This document shows positions 1 through 7,543 of a stretch of DNA of 64,000 nucleotides, piece by piece. The notes under the pieces were generated by a model. The model was not told the origin of the DNA, did not search any database, and worked only from the letters and a program-made list of their open reading frames with translations. The position numbers and the translations under genes are program-made. The stretch is taken from positions 25,874 to 89,873 of the forward strand of contig JBIIQY010000001.1 of the NCBI GenBank assembly GCA_044341805.1. The letters are read 5' to 3'. Origin of the DNA: Candidatus Planktophila sp. (GTDB lineage: Bacteria; Actinomycetota; Actinomycetes; Nanopelagicales; Nanopelagicaceae). Within the stretch, counting starts at the first letter, position 1, and each line of letters begins with the position of its first letter.

Positions 1-9
1 CTCGCTCAT
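1..9 (-). CDS. 5' end of a divergent gene (M-S-E...) running off the window edge
   Basis: CAT at 7-9 (minus-strand ATG AGC GAG) with a minus-strand GAGGAG RBS (ctcctc 16-21); only 3 codons visible. Confidence 0.6.
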
Positions 10-32
10 TGAAATCTCCTCTTTGTGTGTGG

Positions 33-70
33 GGTTTACTGTATACAATTTAATGGCCCGAGGGTAGTCT
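33..70 (+). promoter_or_regulatory. Operator copy 1 overlapping the -35 of a sigma70-type promoter for the FAH-SDR-aldolase operon
   Basis: GGTTTACTGTATACAATTT (33-51); TATACA(42-47)-17 bp-TAGTCT(65-70). Confidence 0.7.
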
Positions 71-107
71 TACCGCTATCTATTTTTGAGCCTAGAAAGG
101 TGCTTTC

Positions 108-761
108 ATGAATCTTCCGCTACCAATGCCTGGAAAGGTAATCGCCGTCGGTCTTAACTATAAAGACCATGCAGCCGAGGCAAATGTCCCACTACCAGAA
201 GTTCCAGTCCTATTTACTAAGTGGACAACATCTTTGATTGCTCATGATGACAACATTGTGATCCCAGCCGGTGTAACACAGACAGACTGGGAAGCAGAGT
301 TCGCGGTAGTAATTGGCAAGAAAGCTGTTCGAGTATCAGAAGCCGATGCACTTAGCTATGTTTCTGGATATACCTGTATGAACGATGTAACAGATCGAGA
401 AGCACAGGGTAAAGATGGCCAGTGGGTGCGAAGTAAGTCATATGACACCTACGGTCCGATCGGTCCTCGCATTGTTCCGGCCAGTGAAATCGGTGATCCA
501 CACAATCTAAAGATTGAAGCTCGCTTGAATGGAAAGACGGTTCAGTCAAGCAATACCTCAAATCTAATTTTTAGTATCCCTTTCTTAATTTCATATATCT
601 CAGCACGCATCACCTTGGAACCGGGCGATGTAATCACCACCGGAACACCTCATGGAGTTGGTGCGTTCTCAAAGCCACCGCTATTTATGAAACCTGGAGA
701 TGTAATTGAAGTCGAGATCGAGAAGATCGGAATTCTAAGAAACAAAGTCGTAGGGGCTTAA
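108..761 (+). CDS. Fumarylacetoacetate hydrolase family protein
   Basis: VGLNYKDH, DWEAE, NDVT-R, QWVRSKSYDT, TGTP motifs; AAAGG RBS. Confidence 0.92.
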   Translation: MNLPLPMPGKVIAVGLNYKDHAAEANVPLPEVPVLFTKWTTSLIAHDDNIVIPAGVTQTDWEAEFAVVIGKKAVRVSEADALSYVSGYTCMNDVTDREAQGKDGQWVRSKSYDTYGPIGPRIVPASEIGDPHNLKIEARLNGKTVQSSNTSNLIFSIPFLISYISARITLEPGDVITTGTPHGVGAFSKPPLFMKPGDVIEVEIEKIGILRNKVVGA

Positions 762-763
762 TT

Positions 764-1531
764 GTGAGTTACAAAGGATCTTCGCAACCTCTTGCGGTAA
801 TCACCGGAGGAGCTAACGGAATTGGTTTGGCAACTGCGCATCAATTAGCAAAAGATGGCTACGACCTTTTCCTGATTGACAAAGATCTGTCTAACCTTGA
901 AGTTGCGCGAAATTCGTTGGGGATTCACAACCGCAAGGTCGAAATTCTAAATATTGACCTCTCTGATGGCGAGAATGTCCTACGCGAACTCGGCAAAAAG
1001 TTTAGTGAATTCGAAGTAGATGCCCTCGTAAATAACGCAGGTATTGGCTTTGCTAGAACTGTCGAGCAAACAACCCTAGAAGAGTGGGATCTAACCTTTG
1101 ATGTAAACATCAAGGCTACTTTTTTGATGTGCAAGTTGATTGTGCCTCAAATGGTTGCTCGTAAAAAGGGCGAAATAGTTAATGTGGCATCTGCTGGTGC
1201 CTTGGTTGGGCTTAAGAATAGAGTCGCCTACTGTGCATCTAAAGCTGCAGTGGTTGGTTTAACTCGTTGCATTGCAGCAGATCACGCACTCGATGGGATT
1301 CGAATCAATGCCATTGCACCCGGAACAGTTGATTCAACTTGGATCGGTCGAATACTTTCTGATGCCCCTGATCCTGTGGCCACGAGAAAGTTGATGGAGG
1401 CTCGTCAGCTTGATGGGAAGATGGGAACACCTGAAGAAGTTGCACATGGAATTGCGTTTCTCCTAAGTCCCGAAGCAAGATTTGTGAATGGCACTGTGTT
1501 TTCAATGGATGCCGGACTTACAGCGGTATGA
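764..1531 (+). CDS. SDR oxidoreductase, 2-keto-3-deoxy-sugar-acid dehydrogenase-like
   Basis: TGGANGIG, NNAG, YCASK; the NRVAY, PGTVDSTW and ARQ motifs resemble the 2-keto-3-deoxy-L-fuconate dehydrogenase group. Confidence 0.85.
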   Translation: MSYKGSSQPLAVITGGANGIGLATAHQLAKDGYDLFLIDKDLSNLEVARNSLGIHNRKVEILNIDLSDGENVLRELGKKFSEFEVDALVNNAGIGFARTVEQTTLEEWDLTFDVNIKATFLMCKLIVPQMVARKKGEIVNVASAGALVGLKNRVAYCASKAAVVGLTRCIAADHALDGIRINAIAPGTVDSTWIGRILSDAPDPVATRKLMEARQLDGKMGTPEEVAHGIAFLLSPEARFVNGTVFSMDAGLTAV

Positions 1532-2139
1532 AATCTGGTGTAATTGCTGTAATTCGAACTGATGATCCAGAGATTGCTCTAACGCTGGCTAGAGGTTTCA
1601 ATGCAACAAGTGTTGATGCCATTGAAGTCACCATGACGGTACCTAACGCACTGCAAGTTATTGAGAAATTGCTAGCAGAAGGTGTCACACGTTTAGGTGG
1701 TGGAACCGTTCGAACCATAGAACAAGTTCAAAGATTGCAATCTATGGGTGCTGCTTTTGGTGTTGCGCCAAATTTGGATGAAGCAATTCTTAAGGAAGCT
1801 GTGCGAGTAGGTTTGCCATTTACCCCGGGCACGTTAACTCCATCCGAAATGGTTCGAGCTCAACAACTCGGCGCAACAAGTCTGAAGGTTTTTCCAATAA
1901 GTGCGGTGGGTGGTATTGAATTTATCCATAGCGTTTTGGAGCCTCTTCCTGATTTAGCGCTGGTGGTATCCGGCGGGGTCCAACCGGCAGAAGTGCGCTC
2001 GTATATCGATGCAGGATGTGTTGGGGTGTGCATGGGTGGGGCGCTTTGGAGCCAAGAAATTGCCATGACCCATGATGTGAAAGCTGTTTACCACTATGCG
2101 TGTGCAGCCCTTGAAAGGATTGCCAACCCAACCCGATAA
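1528..2139 (+). CDS. KDPG/KHG aldolase family protein (Eda/DgoA-like)
   Basis: IAVIR, IEVT, GGGTV, PGTLTPSE, LKVFP (Schiff-base Lys); ATGA coupling to the SDR. Confidence 0.88.
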   Translation: MKSGVIAVIRTDDPEIALTLARGFNATSVDAIEVTMTVPNALQVIEKLLAEGVTRLGGGTVRTIEQVQRLQSMGAAFGVAPNLDEAILKEAVRVGLPFTPGTLTPSEMVRAQQLGATSLKVFPISAVGGIEFIHSVLEPLPDLALVVSGGVQPAEVRSYIDAGCVGVCMGGALWSQEIAMTHDVKAVYHYACAALERIANPTR

Positions 2140-2147
2140 AACACCTT

Positions 2148-2186
2148 TTGTATACTGTTTACAATTTGCCCCTTGGACATTACTCT
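2148..2186 (+). promoter_or_regulatory. Operator copy 2 overlapping the -35 of the ppdK-glpX promoter
   Basis: TTGTATACTGTTTACAATTT (2148-2167); TTTACA(2158-2163)-17 bp-TACTCT(2181-2186). Confidence 0.75.
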
Positions 2187-2217
2187 TCAGCCCTACGTTG
2201 TTTATGGGGAGTAAGAG

Positions 2218-4935
2218 ATGACAAAGGTTTCAGACTTTATCTATCCCTTTTCTTTTGGAGATAAGACACAGTCAGATCTTTTAGGTGGCAAAGGCGCAAA
2301 CTTGGCAGAAATGGTCAAGATCGGACTGCCGGTTCCACCTGGATTCACAATTACAACCCAAGCATGTCGAGAATTTTTACGTACTGGAACTCTCCCCCAA
2401 AAACTCATCACCGAATTAGATGCAGCGATCCATGAACTTGAAAGCTCTTTGGGTCGAACCTTTGGAGATCCCGATAACCCGCTAATCATCTCTGTTCGGT
2501 CTGGTGCAAAGTTTTCTATGCCGGGAATGATGGAAACTATTCTCAACGTTGGAATGACACCTGAAGTAGCACATGGTTTGGCTGAACAAACTGGTAATCC
2601 TGAATTTGCCTGGGATTCTTACAGAAGATTTATAGATCTGTATGGACGAATTGTGTGCGATATTCCTAAAGATAGTTTTGCAGATATTGATCATACCTAC
2701 TTGCAAGCGGCAAAGATTAAGACCGTCGACAAGTTAGGTTTTGAACAAACAAAATTGCTTATTGCTGAATACATACAGTTAATTGAAAAAGCCGAAGGTA
2801 AGTCATTTTCTCTTAATCCCCGCGATCATTTACTTCGTTCTGTTGAAGCTGTCTTTCATTCCTGGAATTCTGAACGGGCACAGCTTTACCGCCAGCGAGA
2901 AAGAATTCCCTCTGATCTAGGAACGGCTGTGAATATCCAGTCAATGGTCTTTGGAAATCTAAGTGATGACTCAGGCACAGGTGTTGCCTTTACCCGAAAT
3001 CCTTCCACTGGTGAAAGTGGAAACTATGGTGACTATCTTGAACGAGCTCAAGGTGAAGATGTAGTTGCGGGTATCCGAACCCCCATATCTCTTCATGAAT
3101 TTGCCCAGAAATACCCTTCTGTTTATGCAGATCTTGATTCAACAATGAGCCTCCTTGAAGACCACTATAGGGATCTATGCGACATTGAATTCACGGTCGA
3201 AAAAGGAAAGCTCTGGATTTTGCAAACAAGAGTTGGAAAAAGAACTGCTGAGGCGGCTTTTAGAATCGCTAGTCAATTAGTGGATGAAGGAAAAATCAAC
3301 ATAGATGAAGCACTGCTTCGAACATCGGGCGAACAATTAGTGCACTTGATGTTCCCGCAGTTTGATTTGTCTACAACAACTTTAGAAATTGCAAGGGGCA
3401 TTCCGGCCTCACCCGGGGCGGCTGTTGGTTCAGTTGTGTTTGATTCAAAAAGAGCTCACGATCTTTCCTTAAAGGGTGAGAAAGTGATTCTCGTTAGAAG
3501 AGAAACTAGCCCTGATGACCTTGTGGGCATGGTTGCCTCGGAAGGTATTTTGACAAGCCGAGGAGGCAAAACTTCTCATGCTGCTGTTGTAGCTAGGGGA
3601 ATGGGAAAAACGGCTGTTTGTGGTTGTGAAAGTATCAACGTAGATGAAAAATCAGGCAAGTTCTCTATTGATGATTACGTTGTCCATGAAGGCGACATAA
3701 TTTCGATTGATGGAAGCACAGGGGCGATCTACTTAGGAGAAGTGCCAGTGGTAGCTTCCCATGTAACTTCGTATTTAGAGGGACGACTTGTTGCAGACAA
3801 TCCCAATGCGCCTGCAGTTGTAAAAGCGGTTGACAGAATTCTTACTCATGCAGATACCGTACGTAAATTACGCATACACGCCAATGCAGATACCCCAGAA
3901 GATGCGGTCAGATCAAGAATTCTTGGTGCAGAAGGAGTCGGGTTATGCAGAACAGAGCACATGTTTTTGGGGCCACGAAGAAGTTACATTGAAAGATTAG
4001 TATTGGCAGAAAATGAAGAAGTTCAGAATGGCGTAATCGCCGAGATGGAACCCCTACAAAGAGCTGACTTCGTTGGAATCATGATGGCGATGTCCGGACA
4101 ACCGGTAACTGTGCGCTTGCTTGATCCCCCACTACATGAATTCCTACCGCCGCTTTCAACTCTGATGGCTGAAAAAGCCAGGTCTGAAGCACTTAACTTA
4201 GAAGTATCGGCTCGTGACACAGCAATATTCTCTGCAGTTCAAAGAATGCATGAAGCCAATCCAATGCTTGGATTACGTGGAGTAAGGCTAGGAATCTTGA
4301 TTCCTGAGTTGTATAAAATGCAAGTTCGCGCATTAGTGCATGCATTCATTGAAGTTCAAAGACTCGGTCATACCCCCCTTCCAGAAGTCATGATTCCGTT
4401 AGTAGCTACTCAGCGAGAATTACTCCACTTAAGAGAAACACTTGAGCAAGAGATAAAAGCAACATTTGCTCACGCCGGCCAAACAACAACTTTCCCCATT
4501 GGAACCATGATTGAAACTCCACGTGCTGCGATTACCGCTGATCGCCTTGTGCCGTATGCCGATTTCTTCTCATTTGGTACAAATGACTTAACTCAGTTGA
4601 CATGGGCATTTAGCAGAGATGATGTTGAATCCTCATTCTTACCTAGATACCTTGATTTAGAGTTACTGCCCTTTAACCCCTTCGAGTCACTTGATGAAGC
4701 GGGGGTCGGAATTCTTGTTAGAACCGCAGTAGAACATGCCAGACGACTTGATCCTCAATTCAAACTAGGCATCTGTGGTGAACATGGTGGAGATCCTCGC
4801 AGTATTCACTTCTTTAACTCGCTAGGAATTGATTATGTCTCATGTTCCCCATTTAGAGTTCCAATAGCTCGGCTAGAAAGCGGAAGAGCTTCAATAAGTG
4901 CTAATAATGCATCAGGGGTTAGCAATAATGCTTGA
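2218..4935 (+). CDS. ppdK: Pyruvate, phosphate dikinase
   Basis: LGGKGANLAEM, SVRSGAKFSMPGMM, TSHAAVVARG (phospho-His), GLCRTEHMF, FSFGTNDLTQ, GICGEHGG; 905 aa. Confidence 0.97.
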   Translation: MTKVSDFIYPFSFGDKTQSDLLGGKGANLAEMVKIGLPVPPGFTITTQACREFLRTGTLPQKLITELDAAIHELESSLGRTFGDPDNPLIISVRSGAKFSMPGMMETILNVGMTPEVAHGLAEQTGNPEFAWDSYRRFIDLYGRIVCDIPKDSFADIDHTYLQAAKIKTVDKLGFEQTKLLIAEYIQLIEKAEGKSFSLNPRDHLLRSVEAVFHSWNSERAQLYRQRERIPSDLGTAVNIQSMVFGNLSDDSGTGVAFTRNPSTGESGNYGDYLERAQGEDVVAGIRTPISLHEFAQKYPSVYADLDSTMSLLEDHYRDLCDIEFTVEKGKLWILQTRVGKRTAEAAFRIASQLVDEGKINIDEALLRTSGEQLVHLMFPQFDLSTTTLEIARGIPASPGAAVGSVVFDSKRAHDLSLKGEKVILVRRETSPDDLVGMVASEGILTSRGGKTSHAAVVARGMGKTAVCGCESINVDEKSGKFSIDDYVVHEGDIISIDGSTGAIYLGEVPVVASHVTSYLEGRLVADNPNAPAVVKAVDRILTHADTVRKLRIHANADTPEDAVRSRILGAEGVGLCRTEHMFLGPRRSYIERLVLAENEEVQNGVIAEMEPLQRADFVGIMMAMSGQPVTVRLLDPPLHEFLPPLSTLMAEKARSEALNLEVSARDTAIFSAVQRMHEANPMLGLRGVRLGILIPELYKMQVRALVHAFIEVQRLGHTPLPEVMIPLVATQRELLHLRETLEQEIKATFAHAGQTTTFPIGTMIETPRAAITADRLVPYADFFSFGTNDLTQLTWAFSRDDVESSFLPRYLDLELLPFNPFESLDEAGVGILVRTAVEHARRLDPQFKLGICGEHGGDPRSIHFFNSLGIDYVSCSPFRVPIARLESGRASISANNASGVSNNA

Positions 4936-5857
4936 AACACTTTCCTTCGAAGAGATTCAAAAAGTAACCAAGTCGGCAGCTGAAAGCGTCTTTGATCTTC
5001 ACGGCTCCATGGACAGAAATGCAATTGATGCGGCCGCTGTAAATGCGATGCGCAGTGTACTTAACTCAATTACCATGAATGGAACAGTAGTTATAGGTGA
5101 AGGCCAAAAAGATAACGCTCCGATGCTAAAAAATGGCGAGAAAGTAGGAAATGGCGCTGGTCTTGCATTTGATATAGCAGTTGATCCAATTGATGGAACA
5201 TCATTAGTGGCCAAAGGAAAAACTGGCGCTGTTAGTTTAATTGCACTTTCTCCAAGTAACACAATGTTTAATCCAGAAGACAATTTCTATATGTACAAAT
5301 TAGTTACAGGCCACGAAGCTGCTGCCAAGGTCTCTATTACTCGACCCTTAATAGAAAATCTACACATCATCGCAGAGGCAAAGTCCAAAGAAATCCAGGA
5401 ATTAGTCGTTAATGTCTTACGCCGGCCAAGGCATGAAAAATTGGCTTTAGAATTACAGGCAATTGGTATAAAGGTTAGATTTTTTGATGATGGCGATGTT
5501 ACAGCTGCATTGGCAACTTGTTTACCTGATACTGAAGTTGATGCAATGATCGGTATCGGAGGTTCGCCTGAAGCGGTGATTGCAGCTGCAGGAATAATCG
5601 CTTTAGGTGGAAACATTCAAACTCAACTTGTCTCAAAGAATGACATTGAGGTATTCACGGATAACCCCTTGAAACCACTTAATCTTCCAGTACTAACCAA
5701 ATATGATCTTATTCATTCAAATAATGTTTTGCTATCAATTACCGGCGTATCCGATAATGAACTTGTTAAAGGATTAAAGCGCGAGGGCTCGAAGATTATT
5801 TCAGACACATTAATCATCAGTCGGTTAAGTAACGGCCCCTTGATGCTCCATTTATAG
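4928..5857 (+). CDS. glpX: Fructose-1,6-bisphosphatase class II (GlpX), divergent
   Basis: VIGEGQKDNAPML, DIAVDPIDGT, RPRH, DGDV, GIGGSPE; ATG at 4928 overlaps the ppdK 3' end. Confidence 0.85.
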   Translation: MLETLSFEEIQKVTKSAAESVFDLHGSMDRNAIDAAAVNAMRSVLNSITMNGTVVIGEGQKDNAPMLKNGEKVGNGAGLAFDIAVDPIDGTSLVAKGKTGAVSLIALSPSNTMFNPEDNFYMYKLVTGHEAAAKVSITRPLIENLHIIAEAKSKEIQELVVNVLRRPRHEKLALELQAIGIKVRFFDDGDVTAALATCLPDTEVDAMIGIGGSPEAVIAAAGIIALGGNIQTQLVSKNDIEVFTDNPLKPLNLPVLTKYDLIHSNNVLLSITGVSDNELVKGLKREGSKIISDTLIISRLSNGPLMLHL

Positions 5858-5858
5858 T

Positions 5859-5877
5859 AATTGTTAACCGTTGACAA
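5859..5877 (-). promoter_or_regulatory. Operator copy 3 upstream of the SDR-ADC-like pair
   Basis: Reverse complement reads TTGTCAACGGTTAACAATT, matching copies 1, 2 and 4. Confidence 0.6.
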
Positions 5878-5905
5878 AACTCGAGAATAAAGGAAGGCTT
5901 TCTGC

Positions 5906-6715
5906 ATGAACTCATCTACTTCTTTATTTGACCTAACTGGCCGAAGCGTATTGATTACAGGTGGTGGTGGAGCACTTGGTAGTGCGATAGGCCTTGGACT
6001 ATCGCAAGCTGGTGCCGAAGTGATTATTGTCGATATCAACCTTGAGAATGCGAACAATGTTGTCAAAGCTATAAAAGCTACGGGTGGAGTTGCTCATGCT
6101 TTTGAAGGTGATTTAAGCCAAGAGTCAGAAGTCGAAGATTTATTTGCAAAGATCGACAAGATTACTACTGTAAACATTTTAGTAAATGCAATTTCAGCTC
6201 CGCAATATCGATCATCACCAGATGTAATGCCACTAAAGGATTGGGAGAAAACGATTTCTCATGACCTTACTAGTTTTTTTCTTACTTCTCGCGCTGCTGC
6301 ACAACGAATGATAAAGGCAGGTAAAGGTGGCAGCATCATAAACTTTAGTTCCATTGCTGGCGCATCAGCTCTAGGTCGAGGCAGCGTTGCCTATGGAGCA
6401 GCTAAGGCTGGAATAATTCAATTTACAAAAGATTGTGCTTTTGATTGGGCACGTCATGGCATTCGGGTAAATTCTATTTTGCCCTGCCAATTTGATAACG
6501 CGGGTTGGGCAGAATTCAAAAAAGACCCCATCAGAGCAAAATTAGTGGATCGTGTAATTTCGGGAATCCCTATGGGGCGCTTTGGAAGCCCTGAAGAAAT
6601 GGTGGGTCCTGTGCTTTTCCTTGCATCAGACGCGGCATCAATGGTGACCGGAATTGCGATGCCTGTCGATGGTGGAAATCTAGCGATGAACCCTGGTGGA
6701 AGTATTGATTGGTAA
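5906..6715 (+). CDS. SDR oxidoreductase (gluconate 5-dehydrogenase/KduD-like)
   Basis: LFDLTGR, TGGGGALG, YGAAK, IPMGRFG, VDGG. Confidence 0.88.
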   Translation: MNSSTSLFDLTGRSVLITGGGGALGSAIGLGLSQAGAEVIIVDINLENANNVVKAIKATGGVAHAFEGDLSQESEVEDLFAKIDKITTVNILVNAISAPQYRSSPDVMPLKDWEKTISHDLTSFFLTSRAAAQRMIKAGKGGSIINFSSIAGASALGRGSVAYGAAKAGIIQFTKDCAFDWARHGIRVNSILPCQFDNAGWAEFKKDPIRAKLVDRVISGIPMGRFGSPEEMVGPVLFLASDAASMVTGIAMPVDGGNLAMNPGGSIDW

Positions 6716-6748
6716 TTAATAACATAAGTATTACAAAGGAGAATTTAC

Positions 6749-7537
6749 ATGTCTGAACTTCATTATCTTCATAACATTCCATCACCTTATGATGCACATT
6801 CCGTTCCACTTGATACACCTCTAACTGGACCGCCTCCTGCACGATTTAAGGATAGTGAAGTTCTGGTTGCCCAATATCGCACCAACCCAGCTGCAATTGC
6901 GGCGTTAGTGCCTGAACCACTTGTACCAATTAGCGATGTTGTAATGGTGCAAATCGGCCGCTGGGGTGACGTTGCAGGCATGGGGGCCAATACCCAAGAG
7001 GTTAATGTGATGGTGCAAGTTGAATTCAATGGACCAAATGGAAAAGTGACAGGTGCATATTCACCATACTTTTACGTTGATAGTGATCGCGCGATGGCAG
7101 GCGGACGTGAGTTTCACGGGCAACCGAAGCGGTTTGCAAATGTGCAATTAGAAACCCGTGAGGATTTAATCGTAGGAACAATGCACCGAAATGGAATAAA
7201 TGTTTTCACTGCAACCTTGCCTTACAAAGCCAAGCCATGTGATATTTCAGAAGTTTCAAAACGGGTTAATTTCATCAAAAACATTAATTTGAAGTTAATT
7301 CCTCAAATTGATCGTACCCGCGGAATTAGGCAACTTACGGCCCGTGATTTCACTGATATAGAAGTTACTGAATGTTGGACTGGTCCCGTAACAAGTAGAA
7401 TTGAAGAAAATGCGCAAGCACCGATGTATCGACTGCCAGTTGTGCAGCATTTAGAGGGGTTTTACTGGAAAGGTGCGTTTTCATTGGTTGGCGGAGTAGT
7501 CCTCCATGAATATGAAGGAACCCCAGGGGTAAAGTAA
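6749..7537 (+). CDS. Acetoacetate decarboxylase-like superfamily protein
   Basis: YRTNPAAIAALVPEPL, GGREFHGQPKR (Schiff-base Lys motif), CWTGP; AAGGAG RBS. Confidence 0.85.
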   Translation: MSELHYLHNIPSPYDAHSVPLDTPLTGPPPARFKDSEVLVAQYRTNPAAIAALVPEPLVPISDVVMVQIGRWGDVAGMGANTQEVNVMVQVEFNGPNGKVTGAYSPYFYVDSDRAMAGGREFHGQPKRFANVQLETREDLIVGTMHRNGINVFTATLPYKAKPCDISEVSKRVNFIKNINLKLIPQIDRTRGIRQLTARDFTDIEVTECWTGPVTSRIEENAQAPMYRLPVVQHLEGFYWKGAFSLVGGVVLHEYEGTPGVK

Positions 7538-7543
7538 GTAATA

